From Octopus sinensis (Eukaryota), in contig NC_042998.1 in assembly GCF_006345805.1 (NCBI RefSeq), positions 124,186,001 to 124,250,000 on the forward strand: 64,000 nucleotides of DNA, written 5' to 3'. A model generated the notes under the pieces. That model did no database searches and had not been told where the DNA came from. It worked only from the letters and a program-made list of their open reading frames with translations. Position 1 is the stretch's first letter; each line of letters starts with the position of its first letter. Below are positions 50,131 to 64,000 of this stretch, one piece after another. The position numbers and the translations under genes were made by a program.

Positions 50131-50456
50131 TTTGCTCTATTTTCAACACAATAAAGTAATCTGAAAAGAAATAGAATATACAGTCATAGTTAACCTACAT
50201 CAATTACACAATACCTAGCTTAGTATTTCAGTACAATACCTGGCTAAGGCTATTTTAAATTGCCTCCCTGCAACTCTGCATTAAATATACAAATAAAATT
50301 TTACTTATGAAAATGTCCAAGTTTAGAGGCAGATCAAGTTTAAGGGATGACAAAATTAGAGTTCTTCTTATGTATATATGTATATATAACCACATAAATC
50401 TGAAACAAGGTGGAAATAAATAGTACTCCAATATCGGGGGTAGAGTACTATACTTC

Positions 50457-50528
<72 letters not shown>

Positions 50529-50835
50529 CTGTGTCTGTGTGTGTCTGTGTGTGTGTGAGTGTGAATGAATCTAAATATTTATACATACGTATATAAATAT
50601 ACGTATGTATAAATATGTGTGAGCACATATATTAGATTTATATATACATACATATATATTAATATACATACATATGTATACATAAAATATATATATATAA
50701 TCATCAATATTATTATTATTAGCATTATTAGATAATAAAACGAATGGTTTACACCTAGTAGCATACATGTTAAGCACGGTCACTTTATTAATAAAAAAAA
50801 TTCCCGTATATTCCACCTTGCATCTTTCGTTTACC

Positions 50836-50889
<54 letters not shown>

Positions 50890-50894
<5 letters not shown>

Positions 50895-52050
50895 GTTTGC
50901 AAAGGCCTTTGATAAGGTAGGTCGTGGTGTGATATATCACAAGCTACAAGATCTTGGTACTGGTGGTAATCTGAGAGAGTGGCTACATGACTTTGTTAAT
51001 GACAGAATTCTGGCAGTTGCAACCAATGGTGCTCTGTCTGAGAATACGTCAATTCTAAGTGGCGTTTCCCAGAGAACTCTCTTGGGACAATTGCCCTTTA
51101 TAATAACTCTTTTATTTATGCCCATGTTCACTCAGACTGGCACTGAGTATATCAGCTAAGCTGATTATACGAAATTATTACAGGCAATAAAAAAATCCAG
51201 ATGATGTCACATGCCAGCAGTTGGACCTGAATACGATATACAGGTGGGCTGAAGTAAACAACATGCAGGTTAATGCTGGGAAATATCAAGCACTGCACTA
51301 TAAACTCACAAATGCACTGCAGCCTTCATTTAGAGGAGTCGAAGGCACTGACTGCAATTAGGTAGCCAAAGGCAGTAAAAGACTTTATGATCAGCATATG
51401 CAATGATGTATCGTTTATAATGCACATTACCAAGATGCAGACTGGTTGGAGAGATACTAACATCCTTCAAGACAAGAGACCAAGAAGTTATGCTGACCCT
51501 GTGAAGGACCATTGTTCTCAGCCAGCTGGATTATTGCTCTCAGCTATGGCCACAACATAGTGCCAAATTAACTGCGGCGCTTAAATCGGTCCAACATCAC
51601 TATATTAAATGGTTCGAAAACAGTGCAGCAGAGGAGCTACAGGGAGAAGCTGATGAAACTACGATTTCACTCCCTGGAACGAAGGCACGACAGATATGTA
51701 ATAATATTCATATGGAAAGTTTTAGCAGGCAGGGTTAGTACCTTCAGCTAGTACTTTCAGCGTTAAATGTTATACAAACGCCAGAACTGGACGCCATTGT
51801 ATTGTACCAAACGTACCATCCACGCCATCTAAATTCAAGTCGAGGTACCACAATAGTCTAGGTTTCAAAGGCCTACAGCTCTTCAATACCATGCACAAAA
51901 ATTAAGATGTGGACGTAGATGTCTTTAAAACGGAATTATACATCCTCCACTTCACAATACTGGATGAATAAACAGCCCGGCATGAGGTACAGATGAGGGC
52001 AGTGGAGTTAAACTTCCTCATACACCAAATGGGCCAACAGCAGAGACAAA
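50890..52050 (+). mobile_element. CR1-clade LINE RT/3' remnant
   Basis: FAKAFDKV, SGVSQRTLLG, *ADYTK (YADD), YRWAEVNNMQVNAGK, LDYCSQLWPQ. Confidence 0.88.
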
Positions 52051-52192
52051 GACACATACAGGAGCAGCGATGTGTAACCCACGCAACCTGAGGAAATCAG
52101 CCGAAGAATAATGATTAGTAACGGTGCAAAACCACGGTTGTACCCCAGAATGACCGCAACCGCATGGCTGAAACAAATAAAAGAATAAAACA

Positions 52193-52227
<35 letters not shown>

Positions 52228-52318
52228 ACACACACAAATATATATATTAGATTTATAAACATATATGTATGTATATGCGTGTATATATATATATATATAC
52301 ATATATTAGATACACACC

Positions 52319-52361
<43 letters not shown>

Positions 52362-52877
52362 TGAATAGGTTGTAATATAAAAAGTATTTAAAATGTATAG
52401 AAAAGATTTCTGTATAAAGGATACGATAGCAATCGAAAGGATGTAAAGAAGTAATAAACGTAGAATAGGTAAGATAAACTGATTGTTTCATGAAACATAA
52501 TAATGTCTTAATATAAAGATATAAAGAAACGAAGCAATATATAACCAGAGAAAGAAAATATGACAAATATGAAGAAATACATCTGAATCTTTAGGCGATT
52601 CCATCAAACGCGTATTAGATTGAATTTTACTACTTCTAAATTCGTAATTGACGAAGGCAGACAAAAGATTAAATTATAGCAAAGGAAAGCTACTCATTCC
52701 CACACGCACACATATGAAACATACCCACTCCGACACAAATGCATGCACGCGAACCATATCGCGTATAGGAATCTTTGTGTATGCGTGTGTGCGTGAGTGT
52801 GTATATGTATGTATATATATACGTGTATATATATATATATGCATATATATGTATAGATAGATAAAGAATGAGAGATA

Positions 52878-52918
<41 letters not shown>

Positions 52919-53189
52919 AGGGTGGGGGCGAGTAGCTACAGGAACCTAGAGAACGATAGACTGTCTAGAGAGATGAATACAAGAACTGAATATCCAAAAC
53001 CTTATAAGACATAGGCTGTCGATCGATAGATACCCGGTTTCCTATAGCACAAAAACAGTTAACAAAACTGTTGTTGTATTCAGGAATGGTCATGTTGCCA
53101 GTTTAGCCAATAAAATAATATTTAAATAATGTTAACAAAACACTAATGTGAATGCTGTTGTATTTCTGCATAATTTATTTATCTTTCGT

Positions 53190-53400
53190 GTAATAGTTTA
53201 CCTATAATTTTGGCACAAGGCCAACAATTACAAGGTGGGTGTATTAGATGAAATCATCGACCTTGTTATTACTGGTACACTATTTTATTGCACCAGAAGC
53301 ATAAATTGCAAATTTGACCTCAGCGATATTTGAAATGATAACGCAAAGATTTGGCATTTTGTCTGACCCTCTAACGATTCTCGCCAACTCACCGCGTTTG
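53190..53400 (-). mobile_element. Degenerate copy of the second SINE family
   Basis: Reverse complement resembles 12040-12245. Confidence 0.6.
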
Positions 53401-55359
53401 TCTATCGGATAAATTTGCAGGAGACCAATGGCGCTGAAAATGTCTCAGGCCACAATTTCTAATAACAAAATATTGCGCATTGCTGCAAAAACTATGAAAA
53501 AGTACATGCAAAATGCTTTTTAAAAAAAGGAATAATGCTGTGTAGCTTATCCGAGGTAGGTAAATTTTTTTCTTCATAAGAGAAATTTTTCTTAGCTTAC
53601 AAATTAGTACTAGCTGTGTAGATTTCTATGATGCGTAAAGTAATTCAACGTTTTTTGACATATTTGTTATAGCATCGATATTGCCATATGCACTTATTTC
53701 TAAAAATGTGTCAGTGTTTTAAATGCTTCCCGTCAAAGAAAATATATCATATTAATTACAAATTTATTTTGTCTTAGCACTCCTTTGCAAATCGATTTCT
53801 ATCCTACAAATAGAATAACCTATATCAATAGCAATACCTACTAATTCCAGAATTGTGGTATTGTGTGTATGTGTGTGTGTCCACACGCGAACGTGTGTGT
53901 CTACGTACGCATGCATATATGCGTAAGATCTTGTGTGTATACAGTGAGCGATAGAGACAAAAATAAAAAGAACACATACACAAGGAGAGGGAGAGCGAGA
54001 GAAAGAGTATGAAATTGTATTCGGTCAAATATCCACACTAAAATAAGTTTTGGCAGTCTCATAGGAAGTAAATGCAAACCTAAAACAGGACTTGAAAAAT
54101 AAATCTACTGTATAATTTTATAGCCAAAATAGCTTTGGAACAAACTGGAACTAATCATAGACCTACATTAATGTATAAATATAGAAATATGTAACGTTAC
54201 ATATAATAAGCGTACGGGAAAATGTTAATAAATTTACTGAGATAGTGAATTCCCATATTGATATAAATTCCAGTGATGAAATATATTCTTAGAAGTGTCT
54301 TTAAATTTATTTGCACAATGTAGCCTTTAATATAAATTCATTCGATAAATGAAACGCTATTTCGTCATAGATATTGTAATAAAGGTATAAGACTTTTAAA
54401 AATATAAGTACATCAGATACAAATCATACTGAAAACCAAAGAAACCACATATAAAGTATATTATGTATTGCAGAAGCACATCTTATGTTATGCCCAAATC
54501 CATTAAACAGAATACAATATACATTACACCCCTACTGTAAACTAGTATTAATAATATGTTATTACAGGAACATGAAGAAATGGTAAGCTTTCAAGCCTTG
54601 AAACCGGAGAATAAACTTCATATTACCAATGTAATTTACGATATTATTTGAAAACATGAAACAGTTAACCTCATAACCATAATTGTTACACTGGATATGT
54701 ACAATGTCTTGCTGGCTGGTTATTCCTCAACAAGCTGATTGTATAATTCATATCACACAGCATAACTTGATAGAAAAACATCAGGTAACAGCCTCCTAAA
54801 TTTATTATAAACAATATATAAATTTCTAGATACGTGTCATTTCTAGATATGTCCACAAATTTCTAGATATGTGTCATGAAAACTATTTTCATAGCAAAAT
54901 ATGTGACAGATTTAAACATACATGTATAGCTTCTATAAACAAACTAATACGACACAACAGAATAATTATTTACTGATTTGTGAAATAATTTTTGTTAGAA
55001 TATTTACAGGATGGTGTAATAAAGAAGAAAAATACAGGTTTTGCCATTGTTCCTACATGCAATCAAATATGCACTTTATCTTGGAAATTTGGAATAATTG
55101 TAAGGTTTCATGTTTTTTAGAAATGTATTCGTCCCAGCAAAATGCAATGACGTCATAAAGAATTAATTTTAAAATATTTTAGAAAATGTAAAACTTAGAA
55201 CACAGTCATATTTCCTTAAATACAAGTTGAAAGGAATCGATCCTTATTCACGGAAACATTTAAATATATAAATAAGCACACAAGAATGCAAATATGCACA
55301 TGGACATGCTAAATGCACAAGGGATTCCAGCTATACTGTAACTCCTCAATTATATGCGC

Positions 55360-55367
<8 letters not shown>

Positions 55368-55410
<43 letters not shown>

Positions 55411-55418
55411 ATATATAG

Positions 55419-55482
<64 letters not shown>

Positions 55483-55580
55483 CACACACACACATACACA
55501 TATATATATATATATATATGTGTGTGTGTATGTATATGTATATGTATATATATATTTATATGTAAATATATATATACATA
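55368..55580. repeat. (TA)n/(CA)n/(TG)n microsatellite
   Basis: Directly visible. Confidence 0.95.
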
Positions 55581-55982
55581 AATTTGTGCGTGTGTGTGTG
55601 GAGATAAGAGCCAAGGATTAAAGTGTAGGAATTTAGAGACTTTAAGCGATCTCTAGAAAACATAACATACAACTTTCAGGAACAATAGTGGTTTATTGGC
55701 GCAGGAGGTTGTGAATTGTTTCCCGTATAGAAATACAAGTTGAAGAAAGTTAATTTTATAGTTCGTGGTTAGCAACAGGGGTTGTTTTATATGCGAATAA
55801 ACATCCAAAAACTAGAGAATGAAATAGATTAAATCCAGGCTACACATGTTTCATAGGTAGCGGAACCTCGCGAGCAGGAAATTATCCAGACGAGGGGTAG
55901 ACCGCAAGCAAGACTGCAGGCCAAGTACACCTTAATTAAATGAAGCTTACATTGTTGTTAGTCGATCCCGTTTTAGCTGGCT

Positions 55983-56045
55983 GGGGATTCGATGGAAATG
56001 CCTTTCGATTGAATACACTTTGAAATGCATTTCGTTCGAATCCCC
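55983..56045. repeat. 63-bp imperfect inverted repeat
   Basis: GGGGATTCGATGGAAATGCCTTTCGA vs TTGAAATGCATTTCGTTCGAATCCCC. Confidence 0.7.
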
Positions 56046-56211
56046 AACACGTTAACACAGTATCTCCTAATGACAATGAAAACTTCATATAATTAAGGTA
56101 TCCTTGGCCTGAAGAGTAGCTTTCGGTCTACTTCTCTTTTATTATTTCCGAGTTCGCTAGTTATGGCATATATGTGGCCTGGATTTATCTACTCCATTCC
56201 CTAATTTTGGG

Positions 56212-56300
<89 letters not shown>

Positions 56301-56575
56301 CATGTGTGTGTGTGTGCTTGTGTGTATTTGTATTTTTGTATGCATGTATATAAAGAAAACAGAAAATGGAGAAATATTGTTGAACAACTATTGACTTACA
56401 TCAAATATTGTTTTTTAATTCAAATAATTGATGTAAGTCAGTTGTCTTTCATCAATATTTCTCCATTTTGTTTTCTTTAAATTTTGATTCTTTATAAACT
56501 CAGGTTTATCCTTTCCTTGTCTTTAAATATAATTTATGAGGATAATATACTTGCATATGTATGCTCATAGTTAAT

Positions 56576-56612
<37 letters not shown>

Positions 56613-59199
56613 GTGTGTGTGTGTGTGTGTATGTATATATGTGTGTGTCTATATGTATATGTATGTATGTATCTACATATATATATGTATATAAACACAC
56701 ACATATATGTGTGTGTGTGTGTGTGTAGTAACAAATTGAGGAATAATTCCTTCAAAGGAGTGTGTTAAACATCCAGTTCACTGCTATGTCAGTTGGATAC
56801 CATAAAAATATTGGTATAATTCAATTATAAGATAAATTAAATATAGATATAATATTGACAATCCAAAAATTTATTTATATTTCAATATTACATTAAATAC
56901 TATGAATATAGCATAACATAATATTATATAACAAATAATTATAAAAATTATAAGAGGACAACAAATTGTTTCGACTTATATAGATTTTTTCTGATATTTG
57001 TAACCACAGTTACCTATATATAAAGTCACTTATGGGTCATTGTCTAGAAAAAGACGTAATTCCGTGCAAAAGGACGCCTGGGTTGTAAAAAGTAATTCAA
57101 ATGTCTTGGTATTACGAGCGTGAACGTTAACTATTGAATCATACATCAATTACCATTAAAAAAACAACAAAATCACTTTAACAGATGATACAATCAAGTA
57201 AGTGCAATCCACAACCATCGAAATTTATTTCATTACAACTCAAACACGTACCAATTGAAACCCTTCCATGTCCATGATAGTCGCTTGTCACCATAACATA
57301 CAAGAGTAAGATATGTGTGTATTTATAAATGTATATAATTAAGTATCTAAGTCTTCTCCTACGTATGACTGCAGCAAAAAATATATAAACAATTACATCT
57401 TCAATACAACTCTCTTATTTATATAAATTAATTAGTATAAGCAACTTATTGTTTAGATTAATTAATCATAATCTATATTTATTATTTTGTCGGAGGGATA
57501 ATTCCGTAGTAGATATGAATAGAAGCCTAATGAGATGTTTTTTTATTTCCTTAATTTATATATATTAATGTGACTTTTACATGAGGATATTACCTAGCTA
57601 CGTAGCAGATGGAAAATTAAGAAACACAAATTACGAAACACAAATAAGCATTCCATGTAAGATTGACTGAGCAGGAATAGTCTTGAACAGGTCAGCCAAC
57701 ATAAATAAGCATTCTGTTGGGCAGATTGTATCTACCTGGGCAGATTGTATCTTGATAATTCCGTCGTCCTCTTTATAGCACTGAGTTTATAAGTCCAATT
57801 TTCGTCATTAAAGCAGCAGGTGCAGATTTAATTTCGATTGAAATATACATCGATGGTGGTGAAACACTTCACTGAAACAATAAACCTGTCATTTCTATAG
57901 TGTTGTTAACTGTCACCATTCCCCAACTTGACGAGAACGCAACGATCATTCACTTGTATATGAGCAAAGATGATAGTCAAGCATATATCATATATATTTT
58001 TCTTGGAATAAAGATAAGCTAGACCGAACTGAAATATATAAACAGTTTTGAATTTGTCCGAAATACAGACAGACTTATATATGTTGAATATGTATGTATT
58101 TAAATGCATTTGCTGTTGCTGAAGCCATTAAGTAAAATATGTAACAGTATAGATATTGGGATGCATAACAAAATTGAAATTTACCATGCTGAATCCGCCG
58201 AAATCTCCTCTATAGTTCAGAAACTTTGTGTACTACTCCCGTGTTTCCAAACACAATAACATTCGCCAGTGAGAGAATCTTTCAAACAGCTGTGACTATT
58301 TGCTATCTTCCTTTTATAACTTGAGCATAGATATTTAATAATTACTATAAACGAATTTCTGGCACCAATAATTGTTTGTCGATCATTTGCCTATTTATTT
58401 TTCGTACGCGCTATGTATTTATTCGAGTCAACGCTTATCTTACCATATTATTTGACTGGATTATTTTAGAAAGTTGGAATTTAAGAATCTTACCAGACTC
58501 AGAACGAATTCGACACATTCTAATGTATACTTACACAGTGAGATGCAGAGAAAAAAAAAGAATAACAATGGTACAGAGAGAGAAGCAACATATATAAAGA
58601 TATAGTAACATTAAAAAATAGAAGTATGAATAGGGAAAAATTAAGTGGATGTAACTGAATGCATGTGAGGACATTCGAAAGAGTAATAGATAAAATTTTG
58701 TATTTAATATCGCGCCATGCTGCCGATGAAAGTTCCTTGAAAAATTATGTACATGTAGGAATGCAAATGTGTATGTATGTATATATACATATAGTTAGAT
58801 AGCTACATAGATAGAGAGATAGATAGACAGACAGACAGATAGATAAACAGAGAGATCTCAACATAAATTTACATTCGAACACAAACACACGTATACATAT
58901 ATTTGTACACATATGTGAGTATACGTATGTGTCACCCTGTGCAGAGAAATCCATAGTTTTCTTAAAGTTTCACAACATAATCAATAAATAAATGTATGTT
59001 CCCTTTTGGACATTCTATATAACAATAATTACGCAGTAAGAATTAACACCCAATGATACAAATCCTCGTCCGTACGACATATTCACGCACACACACACAC
59101 ACACATACACAAACCACGCACACATACATGCATACGTACAAAAACACATAGTAACATACACACACACACATACTCACACACTCATATATATTCTTTTCT

Positions 59200-59385
59200 G
59201 CTCTAGGGACAAGGCCCGAAATTTGGGGGTGGGGCAGTCATTACATCGACCCCAATACACTACTGGCACTTAATTTATCGACCACTAAAGGATGGAAGGC
59301 AAAATGTGCCTCGGCGGAATTAGAACTCAGAACGTAAAGACAGACGAAATACCGTTAAGCATTTACCCGGCGTGCTAACGTTGTA
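59200..59385 (-). mobile_element. Second-family SINE copy, 5' end truncated
   Basis: Reverse complement matches 12060-12240. Confidence 0.8.
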
Positions 59386-59489
59386 TTTGGAGGTGGTCAT
59401 GTTTGTCAGCTTAGCTAATAAAAACACACGCACTATATATTTAGTGTTCACTTGCTTCAGCTTTATTTTATATTAATTGTATTTCTTTT

Positions 59490-60335
59490 GTCACATTTCT
59501 GCGACCTTATCAGTGGTCCTTTGCTTTCTTCTTTCTGTTTTGTGTGTCTCTCCTTACCAATAGTCTGCCATTTTGTATTCCTATTGATGTGACTTTATTT
59601 ACGCATGCGTATATCCCTAAACATATATCTAAGTTTAGCAAGTGTATGTGGGTGGGGATGTGCCTGCATTATCCGTATCCCCTGTTTATACACGTTCATT
59701 TAATTTACTTTTATTTATTTTATTCATTTGTTTATATGTACTTACTTCTTCTTTTCTTTCTATTTTTGTATTAATTTAATTTGATTTATTTTGTTAATGT
59801 ATATAGTTTTTTTAATTCCATTTCTTTATCTGTGTATTGTATTATATTCATATTATTATCCGTTTATGAGGGTCACATTCTGTCAGAGGTTGTGGTATGT
59901 TGGGGGGGGGAGGGGTGCTAGTGTCCATTCTAGTTTCCTATTCAGGCTAGGTTTATCTTCTATTATGTGTGTAGCTTCCGTAATTTGTCTAAGCGTTGCG
60001 TCTGTTCTATGTGTGGACAAGATTTTAAATTCTATATTGTTGAGTGAGCCCCCGTGTTCCTGCTCGGCTTGCTGGTACAGAACCGATGAGCTCTTCTCTT
60101 TCTTAGGTTCCCTCCAACGCTCATTTACCCGCTCTTCTATTCTCCGTGCTGTCTCCCCTACGTATGTCCTTGTCTTGTTACTGCACCGTCCCTCTGTACA
60201 TCTTATACTATAGACTACATTCCTAGCTTTACAGCTTGTCTGTGGGCTAAATCTACATAAAATCCACTTCCTATCAGTACAAGTGGTTCTACTAAAAGAG
60301 TAGGTTCTACCGATTAGGGATTTGATAGGGTTGGC
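59490..60335 (-). mobile_element. Penelope-like element 3' remnant with GIY-YIG domain
   Basis: NVVYSIRC..YVGETARRIEERVNE..RQITEATHIIEDKPSLN; decayed HHR-like CUGAUAA-GGUCGC..GUGAC near 59495-59520. Confidence 0.85.
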
Positions 60336-60339
60336 GAAG

Positions 60340-60650
60340 GCGCATGGCAAACTTGTTAGAACGTCAAGCTCACACTCATGAGGTAGTGAGTTCGATTCCC
60401 GGATCGAACTGTGTGTTGTGTTCTTGAGCAAGACACTTTATTTCATGTTGCTGCTGTTCAATCAGCTGTAGAAATGAGTTGCGATGTCACTAGTACGAGT
60501 TGTATCGTTCTTTGCTTTTCCCTTCAATAACATCAGTGTAGAGGGGAAGCTCGTATGCATAGGTGACTGCTGACCATCCATAAACAACCTTACTTAGACT
60601 CGGAGGGTAACTTTCTCGATGTAATCTCATAGTAGTTCATTACCAAAGGA
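60340..60650 (+). mobile_element. tRNA-derived SINE (third family) truncating the PLE
   Basis: GGCGCATGGC start, B-box GTTCGATTCCC, core tgttcttgagcaagacactttatttc. Confidence 0.75.
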
Positions 60651-61585
60651 TTTTTTTTTATATTTTACCCTATACGTGCGTGGGTGTGTGTGTGTGTGTG
60701 TGGTGTGTGTGTGTGTGTGTGTGTCTTTACACACATATATTACGGTATACATAACTTCATTCAGTGTGGTTTTCTCTTATAACTTGTTAAACAAAAACTT
60801 CTCTTTTCGTAATTATTGTAAATCAGTGTTTAAATTTTGAAGTGTATCTACAGCTCACTCGTAAAATGGAACTCTGGTATGCCAACACATATATTTGCCC
60901 ATATCCAAATGCTTATGTTTGTCGAGTGTTTTATGTGTATATATAAATATATATATATGTAATGTGTATACTATGTTTATATGTACATATATGTATGACT
61001 GTATAGATGTATGTGCTTGCGCATATATTTATGTATCTGTATGGTTTTTTGTTTGGGCTGTAGTTAAGTATATTCGTTTCTAGTCTAACGTTATGTATTT
61101 TCTGATTAATGCATGTGTGCGTACAGGTGAGCAAATGTCACTTCTATTTGTACACGTATATGAGTATGCTCGTAGAATAAAGTCTAGAATCAATATAGAT
61201 TGTTTTAAATGTGCATATAATTTACGTGTTTTGTCAGATTAAATAAACTTATCTGAAAGCTAATTATATCATTTTATTTATAACAACACTACTTGAAACC
61301 ACTAGTAGGTTATTATAGATATTGTGTTAAATTTACTGATACATATGCTAGAACTCGTAAGCACACAGATACTGTGTAAAATTCATAAAATGTCCACTCC
61401 AATTAGTTATCTTAAATTAACATAATTTTCAATACTGATGAATGTTTATTGAACGATTGGCGTTATTTTGCATTTATTTCGTCTCGTGCATGGAGTGTGG
61501 TCTTGAAGAAACATTACAAATTCAAGAATTTAAAACTTTATTATTCTTTCCACATAATATGTGAGAGTAAATATGTAATTCTGTA

Positions 61586-61587
<2 letters not shown>

Positions 61588-61656
<69 letters not shown>

Positions 61657-61727
61657 TATATATATATATATAGACATATATATATATATATATATATAGA
61701 CATATATATATAAACATATATATATAT

Positions 61728-61761
<34 letters not shown>

Positions 61762-61780
61762 ATATATATATATATACATA
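61588..61780. repeat. (TA)n microsatellite
   Basis: Directly visible. Confidence 0.95.
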
Positions 61781-63478
61781 TAAATAATTTGCTTCCGCCG
61801 GTTAGGATGTAAGATCTATTCTTCGGTATACTTAGTGTAAGCATATGTAATAGCAGGAACCAACGTAATGGCGTGAACATTCATTTTCAATGTACTTCTA
61901 TACGAAAAAAGAAAAAGATGAAAGTAGATACACAAATGGATTTTATATCGAAGAAAAACTTTTGTGTATAGATTTTGTTTTGAAAAGTACATCATGGTAA
62001 GCCCACAAATTACATCAGTAGATTACCAGATAGTATTTCAATGTATTTCATACTCAGTGGCAGAAATCGCCTCCGACTTATGAAGATAGGCAACAACTTC
62101 TGCTCGTATACATATATATAAAGAGCAACAATATATGCTTTGTGTGTGCTGAGGATTTCCCGCGTGGAACAAATGTAGTATAACCAAACATACATCAACG
62201 AGAACCAAAATAATGATGTGTATACTCATTTTTACCATGATGGTATACACTAGAGTTTTAAAAAAAAGAATCGGTGCGCAAATTTGTCACGGAGTGAAAT
62301 TTCAGTTTTGCAATCACTGTTCCCAAAATCTCACATAAATCTCACATATGCAAGCAAAAATTGTATAAATCTGTTCGCTCGTTTTTAAATTGAATTTTAA
62401 TTGTTATTGTGTACAGTAACGCACGTTGTAAATATCTTGGTCTTTATGATGATGTAAATATCCTAATCTTTCAAAATTAGCATTGTCATATAATATAATA
62501 CATATCATTCTATTATAATAGATATCATTATTCTATTATAATAGATATTTTCATTGGGGTAAGCTCTTTATGACATACGTATCCGTCATTTTCCTCACCA
62601 GCTTTCAAATCTACAGTGAATAGCATCATTTCTTACCGTCATCAGAAATTAAATATGCAATGGTTAACACACACTCCATATTATTAAGAAAACAGAACTG
62701 CGCTTCAAATCATATTCTCAACATACTCCGTAGTTATGCAATTTTCAATGTTTGTATCTTGGAATAAAGTTTGTAAACATTACTCAAATATCTAATAGTT
62801 CATATAGTCGCTCCGTTTAAAGCAATGTTTAAACGTCTCAACTACACCAATTTGTATAGTGCTACTGTTATAATTTTGCAATGATTCTGTTGTTTCAAAT
62901 TAGGTATTAGTCGTATTGCCTTGATTGTTGAAAAGAGCATGTATAATACGCATTTATCAATTTATTTCGATCCGGAATCATTATTGATCAGCGTAATATA
63001 TAAACCGAGGTCCATAATACCTTTTGGATCTTGTCCTGGTTGCCAAAATAGAGCAAGTTAACTGAAATTGTATATGTATCATTAATTTCGGAATAGATAC
63101 ACCGAAAGTTTACCTCATTCAATACAGTGCACTAGAATCACATCCTTAAAAAACAGTGCTGATTATCCTGTTCTAACTGTTTGCATAGGGATTAAAAGCT
63201 TCGTCCTCATAATTCATTATTCTTGAAATAAGAAACTATAAAAGATATTACCATAATGTTGCAAACTTACTGTTGCAAAGATTTGTAAATAACTACAAAA
63301 TTTTACTATTTATTTCATTAATGTTAATATGATTGACGTATATTTATTGAGTTTATTTTTTAACGAGTGAGCATACTTGAAATGACATATGCTTTTCAAG
63401 TAAGGACATATGATATTTCAATAGAATCGTTTGATAGAATTTTTATATTGCTCTCTCTTTCTTTCTCTCCCTCTCCCC

Positions 63479-63479
<1 letters not shown>

Positions 63480-63546
<67 letters not shown>

Positions 63547-63625
63547 ATATATATGTATATATATATGTATGTGTATATATATATATCTATATATATATAT
63601 ATATACGTATATATACATATATATA

Positions 63626-63690
<65 letters not shown>

Positions 63691-63710
63691 GTATATATGT
63701 ATGTATATAA
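63480..63710. repeat. (TA)n/(TG)n/(ATGT)n microsatellite
   Basis: Directly visible. Confidence 0.95.
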
Positions 63711-64000
63711 GTGTATTGAAATAAACACATGCCTACCGCGTGCCAGTTACTAAAAATAATTAATTGTTGTAAAATAGCGAAAACAACACTCTTAGGTAAT
63801 GTATTTTCGTCTAGACTAGCATTTGGACAATTTAATACTAGAGCACGAAATAAACACAAATTCACTGTCATATTACAATGAATTATAGCGAGAGAAATTG
63901 AACAGCGCGGAGGTTTAGAAAGAAGAATGAAGTTGTAAAATATATTAGTGATTGTACTGAGAATGCGCCATTCAATAGCAGACACGGTGAGATGATAACT

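Noticed and set aside
26-63985. Numerous YI/HT/CV/poly-N/poly-L ORFs in the ORF track
   Set aside because: Translations of microsatellites, which lack stop codons; not genes
63587-63985. Minus-strand ORF/exon candidate at the window end
   Set aside because: Weak splice signals, partly microsatellite, no recognisable protein

Overview
AT-rich, microsatellite-dense eukaryotic DNA. The SINE, LINE and DNA-transposon families look like those of an octopod cephalopod (inference from repeat content). No intact host gene can be supported. The window is a transposon graveyard. It holds a near-complete RTE LINE (31.85-34.98 kb), Penelope-like element (PLE) remnants with RT and/or GIY-YIG domains, R4/Dong-type RLE LINE pieces, CR1 pieces, two mariners, a DD37D (maT) element, a pogo/Tigger element, a solo LTR, MITE-like foldbacks and several tRNA-derived SINEs. 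The most striking signal is a set of about 15 type I hammerhead ribozyme (HHR) motifs and relics from several unrelated repeat families, read by eye. They include an intact HHR inside a highly structured ~473-nt circularly permuted, retrozyme-like unit that forms a ~580-bp-arm palindrome (15.6-16.76 kb). They also include otherwise perfect HHRs whose catalytic 3-8 pair is swapped to G3:C8 (20.64-20.69 kb, minus) or U3:A8 (14.27-14.76 kb). Most have a family-specific palindromic stem III. Three different HHR elements sit as inverted duplications within 3.5 kb (14.2-17.75 kb). All ribozyme calls are structural predictions, and activity is untested.
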